Of a DNA stretch of 64,000 nucleotides, positions 28,557-38,514 are shown one piece after another; within the stretch, counting starts at the first letter, position 1; the number at the start of each line of letters is the position of its first letter. The stretch lies in contig JBDWQX010000205.1 of the NCBI GenBank assembly GCA_039986395.1, positions 201-64,200 of the forward strand, in the 5' to 3' direction. Origin of the DNA: Cyclobacteriaceae bacterium. GTDB lineage: Bacteria; Bacteroidota; Bacteroidia; Cytophagales; Cyclobacteriaceae. The notes beneath the pieces are model-generated. The model made no database searches. It saw nothing but the letters and a program-made list of their open reading frames with translations, and had not been told where the DNA came from. Both the position numbers and the translations under genes were made by a program.

Positions 28557-30290
28557 AACTACCCTAAAAGTGGAACCAACACCCAATTCAGTTTCGACTT
28601 CCACTTTTCCATCAAGCTTTTCGATTGCTCGATTTACAATATGAAGGCCCAAGCCTGTTCCCTCAATTCTTCTGTCTGCCCTATAGAACATCTTGAAAAT
28701 CTTCGACTGGGCATCTTCAGACATTCCTATTCCATTGTCAGCTACGGTTATATTTATATTGCTTTGAGAATTGGTGATAGTAACTGCAATCCTTGACTGA
28801 CCATTGTCTGTTCGTGCATATTTTATCCCATTCTCAATCAAATTCTGGATAATTGTATTAGCTAGTGCCCATTCCGCTTCAAACTCAATATTTTCTTCAA
28901 TTTCGACCTTGAACTCAACCTTTTCAAAATTCTGAAGGTGTTTGTGAGAGGAAATGCAATCGTACACCAGTTGTTCAAAATCAATTTCGCTTTTAGACTC
29001 CGCACCGTAGACCATCTTGGTGAGATTCATCAACTCATCCAGAATGTTGTTCACTCTTTTTGCCTGATCGGAATATTCGTCAAAGTACTTCAGAGCTGTT
29101 TCGTCACTAACATCTTCTTTGGCTAGGTAACTTAGACTCATCATAGCAGTAATAGGCCCCTTGAGATCATGTGAAATACGGTAGAAGAAGGAGTCCAATT
29201 CCAAATTCTTTTTCTCATTCAAATCCGCTTTCTCTTTTTGAGACAGGGCCTCTCTTTCCAGTTCTTGCACCTTCTTAATCACCTCATAGCTTTCGATCAC
29301 CTTTGCGGTCTTATCGTTTATCACACTTTCCTTTTCCTCCACATACTGAGTGAGATATTTTAAAGCAAGCTCATGGTTCTTTTCTCTTTTAGCCACCTCA
29401 TGAAGCAGCAGATTGGCCTTGAATTTTATAAGGATGACTTTGTGCTTATTGCTATACTGCAATGCTTTTATAAGGGTTTCGCGAGCATCGTCCAACCGAT
29501 CCATTGTTATGTACAAAGCCCCCAATTTATGATAAGACATTGCATGCCCAAGTTTCTCGCCCATCTGTTCATGAATACGAAGCGATTCGAGAAAATCTTT
29601 CTCGGCCAGCTCGTACTTCCCTGTTTTCGTGAACACTTTGCCCCTACCGTACAGGGCAAAGGCAAGTCCTCTAGTATCTTTTGTCTCAATCTTTAATTCA
29701 ATAGATCTTTCAATCAACTCCAAGGCTTCATCTACTTTTCCTTGATTGAGAAATATCCCTGAGAGAGGGTTAAATGCATTGGATTGAAGATTCATGTCCT
29801 TAACTGCTTCCCCGGCACTGATTGCTTCCTGGTACGATTGGATAGCACTTTTTTCATCACCAAAGAATTCAAAAATTGTACCCATCGATTTGTGAACTCT
29901 AGCCAAATTGTGATGGTCATTAAATTTCTTGTATGTAGTCAAACAATCAATTAAATACGTTAAGCCAAGATTGAAATCATCAGTTTTGTAAAACGCTCCG
30001 GCAATATTGTACTTCGCATCAGCAATTCCTCGCTCATCACCTACTTCTGTAAAATGGCCTATTGCTTCCTCAGCTATGTTTATTGAAAGATCATAATCAC
30101 CTACGATCATGTGATAAAGTGACAATTGACTAAGACATTTGCCAATCGAGTGATTGTTTCGAGCTCCTCTACTAAGATCTAGTGCTTGATTGGCTAGCTT
30201 AATGCTTTCAGCCAAATTGTTGATTCGCGCCGCATATGCTTCGTCGAGAAGTGATTGAATTTGTGTATTGACTGATGCCGCTTTCTCCAA
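28542..30290 (-). CDS. TPR-repeat sensor histidine kinase (cytoplasmic)
   Basis: The N-terminal ~330 aa are TPR-like. They are followed by a coiled coil, the HisKA H-box (FFYRISHDLKGPI) and HATPase N/G boxes (NLIENGIKYA, DNGIGM, GTGLGLHIV). The track start is a TTG, so the exact start is uncertain. Confidence 0.85.
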   Translation of the reverse strand: MEKAASVNTQIQSLLDEAYAARINNLAESIKLANQALDLSRGARNNHSIGKCLSQLSLYHMIVGDYDLSINIAEEAIGHFTEVGDERGIADAKYNIAGAFYKTDDFNLGLTYLIDCLTTYKKFNDHHNLARVHKSMGTIFEFFGDEKSAIQSYQEAISAGEAVKDMNLQSNAFNPLSGIFLNQGKVDEALELIERSIELKIETKDTRGLAFALYGRGKVFTKTGKYELAEKDFLESLRIHEQMGEKLGHAMSYHKLGALYITMDRLDDARETLIKALQYSNKHKVILIKFKANLLLHEVAKREKNHELALKYLTQYVEEKESVINDKTAKVIESYEVIKKVQELEREALSQKEKADLNEKKNLELDSFFYRISHDLKGPITAMMSLSYLAKEDVSDETALKYFDEYSDQAKRVNNILDELMNLTKMVYGAESKSEIDFEQLVYDCISSHKHLQNFEKVEFKVEIEENIEFEAEWALANTIIQNLIENGIKYARTDNGQSRIAVTITNSQSNINITVADNGIGMSEDAQSKIFKMFYRADRRIEGTGLGLHIVNRAIEKLDGKVEVETELGVGSTFRVVLPRK

Positions 30291-30409
30291 TTTTTGAGGA
30301 GTTCCTAGTTTACAGATGAGAAAGATAATTCTATAAAAAGACTATCAAAAGCGATTGTTCGCAATTGATAAGGAAAACTTGGAAAAACAGAAAATAACAA
30401 GTGTGAGGC

Positions 30410-30769
30410 TTACCCTTGTTTGGTAAAAAGATCGTCCAAAATAAGTGCTTCCTGTATTATCTCGTCAATTTCACTTTCTGGGATCTTTGAGATATCGGAT
30501 AACTCCACTCCCGCTACATACTTTCTTTTCTTCATGGAAAGAATTCCTTGCTCGTTAGACAATCTATGACCCTTCGCAAAGGCTAGTTCAATCCCACCAT
30601 TTTTTAGTGGATTTAGATAGCAAACCCAGGTCCTCCTGTAATACATGGGGATTTTGTAACTGAGTTTGCTAACTAAACCGTGATGTTCACTGATTCTCAA
30701 ATGTAGAAATTGTACGATCGCACGTTGCTGCCCCTCTAGTCCCAGTATGTAATTCTCTATCGGACTCAA
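30410..30769 (-). CDS. DUF1801 (YdhG-like) domain protein
   Basis: I propose a TTG start at 30769 that forms a TTGA overlap with the VOC gene stop. This gives (M)SPIENYILGLEGQQRAIVQFLHLRI..., a typical DUF1801 N-terminus. The track's ATG at 30817 would overlap the upstream gene by 52 nt. Confidence 0.65.
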   Translation of the reverse strand: MSPIENYILGLEGQQRAIVQFLHLRISEHHGLVSKLSYKIPMYYRRTWVCYLNPLKNGGIELAFAKGHRLSNEQGILSMKKRKYVAGVELSDISKIPESEIDEIIQEALILDDLFTKQG

Positions 30770-31140
30770 GGGAGCTTGAATAGAGGATTGTAGATCAGAC
30801 CGATCACATTTTGCCACGGGTCAAAAAGAGTGGACACAAGTAGAGGTCCACCAACATTGGTAACCGGAGTGTGCTCAGTCGCTCCCAATTCAATGAATCT
30901 CTTGTGCTCTAGTTCAATGTCTTCGACGCCCCAATAGGTTTCTACATTGACGGTCTTATTCTCAATTGGCTCTTTCTCTGGTAAAAGTCCCAATTCGTAT
31001 CCACCAATTTCAAATCCCACGTAGAATGGTTCATCAAAATACGGAGGCTTGCCAAACACCATGGCGTACCATTCTTTTGCTTTATCAAGATCAGGTACAT
31101 AGTAGATCACTGTTCTTAGTCCTAAAATATTTTTGTTCAT
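30766..31140 (-). CDS. VOC (glyoxalase/bleomycin-resistance/dioxygenase) family protein
   Basis: 124 aa with a typical VOC beta-alpha-beta-beta-beta start (LRTVIYYVPDLDKAKEWYAMVFG). Confidence 0.8.
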   Translation of the reverse strand: MNKNILGLRTVIYYVPDLDKAKEWYAMVFGKPPYFDEPFYVGFEIGGYELGLLPEKEPIENKTVNVETYWGVEDIELEHKRFIELGATEHTPVTNVGGPLLVSTLFDPWQNVIGLIYNPLFKLP

Positions 31141-31173
31141 TTTTTCTATCCTCTTAGATGATCTATGGGTTTC

Positions 31174-31800
31174 TCATTTCACGGCATACCTAAGTATGGT
31201 TCTTAATTTATTTTCAGGTGTTTTTCTCGGATCGCTAAGATAGATTTCATGATGATAGTTGGTGACTTGTAAGCCATGCTGTTTTATGAAGTTCAACATT
31301 TTCATTATCGTTGGTTCTTCTTTGTTATAGCTCCCCAGATGGAGAATTTGAACACATTTGCCTTCGTTGATCAACTCAAATTTCACCTCATCTTTCTTTA
31401 TCAGCGTTGGCTTCTTGGCTTTTACTTTTTCAACGGCTCTGTAAAAATGATCACCCTCAACAAAATCTGGCATTCTGATGATGATTCTCCAATTCCATTC
31501 ATTTTCAGGTGTTTGTGTGAATTTATGTTGTGCTTCCAAGCCGCCATCAATCCACCAAAAACCTTCCATTTTCGGCACCACAAAATCCATATCCTCAGAT
31601 TTACATAGAAATTTAACGTTGTACGCTACCGCATAAAGCTGTTCCATTGCTTTGAAAAATTGCTGTGAGGACGGGCTGCATTTTCCAGTTACAGAAAGAT
31701 AGTAGTAAGGATCCAAGTCTCTAATCTCAGGTTTTGGGCCTACTTTGTAATAGTTGGGGTCTGCTTTTTCAATGTTTAATTTTTCGATTACTGCTTCCAT
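31174..31800 (-). CDS. GyrI-like small-molecule-binding domain protein
   Basis: 208 aa. The patterns ...YYLSVTGKCSP...VPKMEGFWW...WNWRIIIRMPDFV...ILHLGSY are typical of GyrI-like/SOUL-type proteins. Confidence 0.7.
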   Translation of the reverse strand: MEAVIEKLNIEKADPNYYKVGPKPEIRDLDPYYYLSVTGKCSPSSQQFFKAMEQLYAVAYNVKFLCKSEDMDFVVPKMEGFWWIDGGLEAQHKFTQTPENEWNWRIIIRMPDFVEGDHFYRAVEKVKAKKPTLIKKDEVKFELINEGKCVQILHLGSYNKEEPTIMKMLNFIKQHGLQVTNYHHEIYLSDPRKTPENKLRTILRYAVK

Positions 31801-31888
31801 TTTTAATTACTTTTTTAAAGATTATAGAAACAAAGAAATGAAGCTGAGTGACAGCCCTATGTCACTGGATTTCAAAAAAATTAAAAGC

Positions 31889-32857
31889 TTAATTCACGTA
31901 AAAAACTGCGCTGTGATGTTCAGCAAGTTCAGTCGATAGTTTAGCAGCTATTCCCTGCAGTTCGGAAGGTTCAAGAATATCGACCTCTTTCCCATACATA
32001 AGCAGCCACCTGGCAAAATATTGATAGTGGGGAGTTACAAATTTCAATTCATAGCTACCATCATCCAGGCGTTTCTCTTCAATAAAACCTTGCGAATACT
32101 TTGTTTCACCCATGAAACGATAAACCATGGCAGATACCTTGATAGTTGCCTCCTTAGCATCTGTGCCAATCAATGTATCTCCTAAAAAATCCATATAGTC
32201 TGGGTGTTTCGATGAATCGATCGCTTCAGCAAGTACCTTCACCTTTTGTATTCGATCCGCTCTGAAATCACGTAGATCCTGCCGTAAGCGACAAAATCCT
32301 ATGAGATGCCATCTACCTGAGTAAAACACCATTCCCAAGGGTTCCACCTCTCTTTTTGTTGTGACATCATTGTACTGAGAGTAGTAGGTAATATGTATGA
32401 GTTTGTTTGTGGCAATTGCTAATTGTATCTCAGCAATATGAGAATCTGGAAATTCTTGTTGCTTCCCGAAACGGGGACGAATGGTAATCTTCTCCTCAAG
32501 ATTTTCGAGAAACTCTTTATCCGAGTACTTCAAAACAGCCTTGATCTTGTACATGGCTTTTTGAAAAACTTCGATTGTATAGCTGTCTGCAGCTTGCTCA
32601 ATGAACTTTGCTCCAAGCAAAATAGCGCTGGCTTCTTCCTTATTAAAAACGACAGGTGGCAGGTGGTACCCTTCAACAATAAAATATCCTTCTCCTGCAT
32701 CACCTCCAATTGGAACTCCAGCTTCCATCAATGATTTGATGTCTCGAAATATCGTTCTGCGACTGACCACGAAGCGATCCTCCAACTCTTCGATCGGGAT
32801 TCTGGGCTTACCCTGAAGATGTATAAGCAATGCATTTAATCGATCGATACGATTCAT
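31889..32857 (-). CDS. YafY-family transcriptional regulator (wHTH plus WYL domain)
   Basis: 322 aa. The N-terminal HTH is MNRIDRLNALLIHLQGKPRIPIEELEDRFVVSRRTIFRDIKSL. The central WYL-like segment is EVEPLGMVFYSGRWHLIGFC. Confidence 0.85.
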   Translation of the reverse strand: MNRIDRLNALLIHLQGKPRIPIEELEDRFVVSRRTIFRDIKSLMEAGVPIGGDAGEGYFIVEGYHLPPVVFNKEEASAILLGAKFIEQAADSYTIEVFQKAMYKIKAVLKYSDKEFLENLEEKITIRPRFGKQQEFPDSHIAEIQLAIATNKLIHITYYSQYNDVTTKREVEPLGMVFYSGRWHLIGFCRLRQDLRDFRADRIQKVKVLAEAIDSSKHPDYMDFLGDTLIGTDAKEATIKVSAMVYRFMGETKYSQGFIEEKRLDDGSYELKFVTPHYQYFARWLLMYGKEVDILEPSELQGIAAKLSTELAEHHSAVFYVN

Positions 32858-32902
32858 GAAAGAAAGGTAATAAAAGATCGAATGTAAGTGAGTGAGATTT
32901 CT

Positions 32903-34024
32903 TTATTCAGGACTATTTCCCACTTCGCTTAGTAAGTGCGCTGAGGCTACATCCAATTTGATGTAGTTATATCCATCCCAGAATGAATCTGAAAAGTCTT
33001 CTTGAGCTTCATGAAAGAATGAGTGATGCTCGTCTAGCAAGAAAGTATCCTCTGGAAGATCATTGGATACCCTGGATTCATTGACGACAAGTAGGGCATT
33101 GTAAGTATAATCATTGTCGAATTCTTCCCATGAGCCTGTATACGAGACACGGAACAGTTCGAATAAACCATCTTTTTCATAGTATTCCTCAACCCATGAT
33201 ACTGAGGTCCAGAAGCTGTTCTTCTTTATAAGGGGGTGATATTCCAATTTGATAACTGCCAATGTTTCTTCTTCAATGTAAATTTTTCCCTGCGTATCTC
33301 CCTTTGCATTCTTTGGCTCGAATTCCACAATCAAAACCTCCTTATCACCGATGTTGCTGGCACCAGCATAAATGAACTCGTAGTTCTTTCTGTTTTTGGG
33401 ATTGAGAAACGATCCTTTTCTCCAGATCGATGACTGTGCCATGTCACTGGCGTTTCCTTTTAGGTAGATATGATCTGCGTCCATTTCTCTGAAAATCTTT
33501 TTTCTAGTCCTAATTGGGTTAACAAGCGCGTGATCAAACTCCACATTGGGCGGCACATAAATATCGACAATGCCCTCCGCTAAGTAGTACATGGAGTCTA
33601 AGTCCAGCAGATCTTCCTTGTAGTATCCCAGCATGTGTTTTTGGGACATTTCATAATTCAAATGAAACCTATTGAAAACATTGTTCATGAGCGCATCACC
33701 AGAAACTATGGTCACTTCCTCCAGATGCATTGTACTTGATTTGAGGAAAATGGTAAGGAATTTTTCAGGATCTTCAATCTTCGTAGTTGACAGTTCGTAC
33801 CCCATTACTGAAACCTGCAGCGGGACTCGATCAGCACTTTCATGCGGATCAATGACAAACTCTCCATCAATATTTGTCAAGCTGATGACCTGGCCAATGA
33901 CAACATGAGCAAAGGGAATGGGTTCCTGGGATTCAGAATCTTTGACAATTCCTCTAATTGAGTTGGGTTCTGACCACGCAAAAGAGGTAGTCACTATCAG
34001 GCACAGTACTGCTACAAGACGCAT
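32903..34024 (-). CDS. carboxypeptidase-regulatory-like domain protein (secreted, function unknown)
   Basis: 373 aa with a signal peptide. An N-terminal CarboxypepD_reg-like pattern follows (IRGIVKDSESQEPIPFAHVVIGQ...TNIDGEFVI). Confidence 0.65.
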   Translation of the reverse strand: MRLVAVLCLIVTTSFAWSEPNSIRGIVKDSESQEPIPFAHVVIGQVISLTNIDGEFVIDPHESADRVPLQVSVMGYELSTTKIEDPEKFLTIFLKSSTMHLEEVTIVSGDALMNNVFNRFHLNYEMSQKHMLGYYKEDLLDLDSMYYLAEGIVDIYVPPNVEFDHALVNPIRTRKKIFREMDADHIYLKGNASDMAQSSIWRKGSFLNPKNRKNYEFIYAGASNIGDKEVLIVEFEPKNAKGDTQGKIYIEEETLAVIKLEYHPLIKKNSFWTSVSWVEEYYEKDGLFELFRVSYTGSWEEFDNDYTYNALLVVNESRVSNDLPEDTFLLDEHHSFFHEAQEDFSDSFWDGYNYIKLDVASAHLLSEVGNSPE

Positions 34025-34149
34025 TTTTAGGGTGATTTGCGTTAAACTAAATACTTAAACCAGTAGCGTGGCTGAAAATTTTGAAAGTGGTAAAACTTTC
34101 GTTACTCAATTTTAATCAAAAGCGTTGTCAATTGATAATTTTTTCGAAG

Positions 34150-34614
34150 CTAATTATCCACATCCTTTGAATGATTCGAGATATTGCCCTCGATACGCTC
34201 CTTTAGGTTTAGTAACTGATTTAGGTCATTTGAGGACACATCCTCGAAGAGTGTGCTCCTGATTTGCTTGATGATCGGCATGGCTTGGGCTATCTTTTTC
34301 TCTCCCTCTTTTGTGAGGACGATTAGAAATTTTCGCCTATCTCCTGATGAAAGTTCTCTTTTCAAGTACGATTTCTTTTCCAGAAGATCAAGAATTCTAG
34401 TAAGGGTAGGATTGTCTTTTGACATTATATCTGCCAACTCATTCTGAAATTTTGATCCTCTTTCATCAAGAATACTCAAAACACTGACCTGCTCAAGGGT
34501 AAGATCTATTTTACTTTCGCGTAGTTGCTGAGCTGAAAACCTCCGCATGTTCCTGCTTAGTGATTCAATCAGGTACCCAGGACTCTCATCTATTTTATTT
34601 ATTTCCATGCTCAT
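34150..34614 (-). CDS. MarR-family transcriptional regulator
   Basis: 154 aa with a winged-HTH (LTLEQVSVLSILDERGSKFQNELADIMSKDNPTLTRILDLLEKKSYLKRE...DRRK). Confidence 0.9.
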   Translation of the reverse strand: MSMEINKIDESPGYLIESLSRNMRRFSAQQLRESKIDLTLEQVSVLSILDERGSKFQNELADIMSKDNPTLTRILDLLEKKSYLKRELSSGDRRKFLIVLTKEGEKKIAQAMPIIKQIRSTLFEDVSSNDLNQLLNLKERIEGNISNHSKDVDN

Positions 34615-34645
34615 GAAACCTTAAAGGTAGTAATCAAGTAAAAGA

Positions 34646-34668
34646 TAGTATACTATTAATTAGTATAC
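34646..34668. promoter_or_regulatory. perfect 23-bp palindrome, candidate MarR operator
   Basis: AGTATACTA-TTAAT-TAGTATACT lies in the 87-bp divergent spacer between marR (start 34614) and the 34702 gene. Confidence 0.55.
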
Positions 34669-34701
34669 TAACAATTAATTATATTACATCAAAAACAATT
34701 T

Positions 34702-35139
34702 ATGAAAACACGTATTACTACACTTTTGATAGCCCTTGCGCTTTCCTCCTCATTCATTGCATGCACTCAATCTAAGGGTGATGAAAACGAGATACGAGCA
34801 GTCATTCAAGGATTCTCATCCGGAGTTGATCAGCAAAAGGGAAGCATGATATCAGATGCTTTCCGAGATGGGGCTGGTTTTTATGCTACGAACAATCGTG
34901 ACAAAGTTCTTTCAGTTACTCCCACCCAGCTAGCAGACATGCACGAAGCAAAGAAGTTTGGTGGAAGGGAGCGAAAGTTGAGCATAAAGAATGTTGATAT
35001 CACAGATGATATCGTTGCGTCAGCGAAAGTGATTGCTGAGGATGATGTCGTTTACTACGCTTACTATGTAACTCTATCAAAAATTGATGGAAAATGGCTC
35101 ATTCAGAGTGTGCTGCAGCATAGCAAAAAGAAGGGATAG
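34702..35139 (+). CDS. NTF2-like (SnoaL/lumazine-binding-like) lipoprotein
   Basis: 145 aa with a lipobox (SSFIAC) and an NTF2-like pattern (IRAVIQGFSSGVDQ...). The family call is tentative. Confidence 0.6.
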   Translation: MKTRITTLLIALALSSSFIACTQSKGDENEIRAVIQGFSSGVDQQKGSMISDAFRDGAGFYATNNRDKVLSVTPTQLADMHEAKKFGGRERKLSIKNVDITDDIVASAKVIAEDDVVYYAYYVTLSKIDGKWLIQSVLQHSKKKG

Positions 35140-35188
35140 AAATAGTAGCCGGGCATCTCCGCAAGGAAGGTGCTCGGCTAACTTAATC

Positions 35189-37819
35189 TTACTCGTACTT
35201 GAGTGAATTTACAGGATTGGAATTAGCAGCCTTGACCACGTGAAAGCTCACGGTGGCGAGAGCAATTGCAAGGGCTAATACGCCGCCTACCAAAAAGATA
35301 AGCGGATCGATGTCTATTCTAAATGCAAAATTTTCCAACCATCCCGACAGGAATAGAAAGGTGAGTGGAGATGCCACAATAAATGATATGAAAATCATGG
35401 TGGCGAAATTCTTGAAGAGTAACGTAACCAGTTCTCTAACCGAAGCACCCATCACTTTTCGAATACCAACTTCCTTGATCCTGCGCTGAATTGAAATAGA
35501 AGCCAGTCCAAAAAGGCCCATGCATCCAATAAAAATTGAAAGAACAGCAATGATGGTGATAACAGAACCCATCTGCTCATCCGATTTGTACAATTCTTCA
35601 AAGTGAGTATCAAGAAATTGATAGCTGATCGGATAGTCAGAAACGAAATCGCCATAAACACGTTCCACATCTTTTAACGCTTGCGTGATGTTTCCACCAT
35701 TCAGCTTCACAGACATTTCGCTGTAGTTCCATTCCGTATGGACTACCAGAGAAAGCGTATTTACTGCATAATGAAGAGAGTTAAAATTGAAATCCTTCGT
35801 CACTCCTATGATCGTACCTAGAGAGTCATTTGGATACCAACGATGCCCGGCCTTTTGCCCGACAGCGTTTTCATATCCAAGCTCCTTGGCAAATGATTCA
35901 TTGATAATGAAAGCCAGACCATCATCAGTAGCATAGTCTTTTGAGAAGGTCCGACCATCTACCAGTTCAATCCCGTAGACATCTAGATAGTCATGATCAA
36001 CATGCACGTTTGATGGAGCCAGTTCCACCATGCCAGTATCCACCCTTGCCTTAAATCCCCACTGATGGAAATTGTTGCCCAGTCGCTGGCCAGAAGCGGT
36101 AACACCCAGAACGTTGGATTCGCGGAGCAGTGCTTGCTTCAACTCATCATATTTTTCATTTGATTGCTGATTCATGTCTACAAGAAGGATGTGGTCCTTT
36201 TTGAAGCCGATGTCTTTGTTTTTCATAAATGAAAGTTGCTGGATAACCACAAGTGTGCAGATGATCATTCCAAGTGCCAGACTAAATTGAACGATGACCA
36301 GCGAACTTCTAAAAAGAGATTTTTTTTCATGGGATTTAAATCCCTTCAGAACGACTACTGGTTTAAATGACGACAAGTAAAGCGAAGGATAAATTCCTGC
36401 GATAACTCCAAGAAGGAGGGTGAGTCCAACAATAATAAGGATTAGCTGCGGGCTTGAAAGTAAGGTCATCAAAAGTAGTTCTCTGTCAATCAACGTATTG
36501 AGCAGTGGTAAAGCGACAAAGGTGAGAAGGACAGCAAAAACCAAGGCAAGACTGGACAGTAGGATAGACTCAAGAATGAATTGATTGAAAAGTTGACCCT
36601 TGACAGCACCAATCGTTTTTCTAACTCCCACTTCCTTCGCGCGATTGCTTGCCCGTGCCGTAGTAAGGTTCATGAAATTGAGAGATGCAATGATCAGGAT
36701 GAAAATCCCAACAAGAATAAATACGTCAACGTACGTCCCATTAAATTTCCGATGATTGTTATAGTCATGCTCCATATTGGTTGACGCAAGATGAACATCT
36801 TGCAGGGGCTGTAGAAAAAGTATATAACTATCATTTATTTCGTCATCACCAGTTCTTTGGGCCAGATAGTCTGGGTATCTTTTGGCCATGTCGGCTAGAT
36901 CCGCATTCTCATTTATTACAAAATAGGTGTTAAGGAAATTGCTTCCGAACTGCGAATCGAAACCAGGATTGTCCAGCGTCGCTGACTTGATGTTGAGAAT
37001 AATATTGAATTGAAGATGAGAGTTGTCAGGCACGTCTTCCATTACCCCTCGAACGACGCACTGATCGCCATCAAGAACAAACGTTTCCCCAACCACATCA
37101 ATCTTATTGTAAAGTTTCACTGCAACCTCCTCGGAAATGACGGCATCCAATGGCGCATCAATTACCTCACTAGCTTCACCGATCAACAACGGGTAGTCGA
37201 AAATTTCAAAGAACGTGGAATCAGCTCCAACTACATTCTCGATGGTTATGCGCTTGTCTCCAAGTTCCAGCAATTGATCACCCCAATTCCAAAAGCGAGT
37301 AAATGATTCGATTTCTGGAAAATCGGCAATCATGGTAGGCCCCATACCTGGCATACTCAGCGCCACATTTTGCGTGTTAGTTCCGGGGAAACTTTGGACC
37401 TCGCACAGCCGGTAGATTTGGTCCTTTTTCTCATGGAAGGCATCAAACGAGCGTTCATCCTTGACGAAAAGAAAAATAACCATACAAGCGGCCATTCCTA
37501 TGGTGAGACTGAAAATGTTAATTGCAGAGAAAGTCTTGTATTTCATGAAGTTTCTCCAGGCAGATTTTAGGTAATTTTTTAGCATTCCGTAGTTATTTAA
37601 GTTTTTGTGTCCTTCAAAATTTTTGATAATACCAGGTCGGAAAAGACGAAGCAATTCCCATACAAAATGTGTTTTCGCAAGTAAAGTGCTTCGTTGCGCC
37701 TTTTCTTTATATAGTTCCTTCAAATCTCCTTCCAGGTCCTCCACGATCTCTGGGTCGCAGAACCACCGGAAGAAATTCATCAGGTATTTAGGTGGCACTA
37801 TTTCTTGTTTTCCTTGCAT
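35189..37819 (-). CDS. ABC-transporter FtsX/MacB-type permease with PadR-associated N-terminal prefix domain
   Basis: About 876 aa. The N-terminus (FFRWFCDPEIVEDLEGDLKELY) is the permease-prefix motif. Two FtsX 4-TM modules are each preceded by a large periplasmic domain. I chose ATG 37819 (1 nt after the padR stop) over the track's TTG at 37831. Confidence 0.85.
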   Translation of the reverse strand: MQGKQEIVPPKYLMNFFRWFCDPEIVEDLEGDLKELYKEKAQRSTLLAKTHFVWELLRLFRPGIIKNFEGHKNLNNYGMLKNYLKSAWRNFMKYKTFSAINIFSLTIGMAACMVIFLFVKDERSFDAFHEKKDQIYRLCEVQSFPGTNTQNVALSMPGMGPTMIADFPEIESFTRFWNWGDQLLELGDKRITIENVVGADSTFFEIFDYPLLIGEASEVIDAPLDAVISEEVAVKLYNKIDVVGETFVLDGDQCVVRGVMEDVPDNSHLQFNIILNIKSATLDNPGFDSQFGSNFLNTYFVINENADLADMAKRYPDYLAQRTGDDEINDSYILFLQPLQDVHLASTNMEHDYNNHRKFNGTYVDVFILVGIFILIIASLNFMNLTTARASNRAKEVGVRKTIGAVKGQLFNQFILESILLSSLALVFAVLLTFVALPLLNTLIDRELLLMTLLSSPQLILIIVGLTLLLGVIAGIYPSLYLSSFKPVVVLKGFKSHEKKSLFRSSLVIVQFSLALGMIICTLVVIQQLSFMKNKDIGFKKDHILLVDMNQQSNEKYDELKQALLRESNVLGVTASGQRLGNNFHQWGFKARVDTGMVELAPSNVHVDHDYLDVYGIELVDGRTFSKDYATDDGLAFIINESFAKELGYENAVGQKAGHRWYPNDSLGTIIGVTKDFNFNSLHYAVNTLSLVVHTEWNYSEMSVKLNGGNITQALKDVERVYGDFVSDYPISYQFLDTHFEELYKSDEQMGSVITIIAVLSIFIGCMGLFGLASISIQRRIKEVGIRKVMGASVRELVTLLFKNFATMIFISFIVASPLTFLFLSGWLENFAFRIDIDPLIFLVGGVLALAIALATVSFHVVKAANSNPVNSLKYE

Positions 37820-37820
37820 G

Positions 37821-38150
37821 CTAAGCGTCAAACGCTAAGTCAGGGATCGCGTCCCAAAGTCTTTTTCGTGTTTCCATTGCCTCTTCCAGAACTCGTTTTC
37901 CGTATGGCGTCACCTTGAAAAATCGCTTGCGCTTGCCGCCTCGCACTGCGGTAGCTTCGCCAAATTCTGATTTTAGAAATCCCTTTTTTTCGAGTCTTTT
38001 TAGTGCAGTTCGCATAGCCCCTAAACTGACGCTACGTTTTGAACGCTGCTCAATGTCTTTCTTGATCGCTACTCCGTAGGCATCGTGAAACAGAACCGCA
38101 ACGGTCAACATCACGATCTCCTCAAACTCTCCAATTGAATTTTTCCCCAT
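37821..38150 (-). CDS. PadR-family transcriptional regulator
   Basis: 109 aa with a winged-HTH (YGVAIKKDIEQRSKRSVSLGAMRTALKRLEKKGFLKSEFGE...GGKRKRFFKVTPYGKR). Confidence 0.9.
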   Translation of the reverse strand: MGKNSIGEFEEIVMLTVAVLFHDAYGVAIKKDIEQRSKRSVSLGAMRTALKRLEKKGFLKSEFGEATAVRGGKRKRFFKVTPYGKRVLEEAMETRKRLWDAIPDLAFDA

Positions 38151-38167
38151 GACTTTCTATTTAAATA

Positions 38168-38216
38168 CTAAATGTGATCTAAATATATAGGTCTAAAATG
38201 TAATCTTTATATAGGG
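38168..38216. promoter_or_regulatory. tandem ~24-bp direct repeat upstream of padR, candidate operator pair
   Basis: R1 is CTAAATGTGATCTAAATATATAGGT (38168-38192). R2 is CTAAAATGTAATCTTTATATAGGG (38193-38216). Each contains ATGT-N8-TATA and they begin 18 nt upstream of the padR ATG. Confidence 0.4.
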
Positions 38217-38514
38217 ATACTTCGATTTTCGAAATAGTTTCAGAAAAGATGAAAAAAGATTTTGCAGGACGACTTTGCTAACTAAGATGATCAGTCAATG
38301 ACTCAACGATTTTTTTACTGTTTCCCATAAGATTTCATCACTTATAATGAAAACGGGCTTCTTAAAAAAGTGTGTTCTTCTTTCTTAGCATTAAAGAGCC
38401 TCCTCCATTTTTGAGGATGCAGAAGAAAAAGAGCCTCCAAAACTGTTTAAGGACCTTCAAGGGTAGAAGTAAAATCGGACTCGAAGAATCTGTAAGAGAA
38501 ATTTAGTCCTTCCC

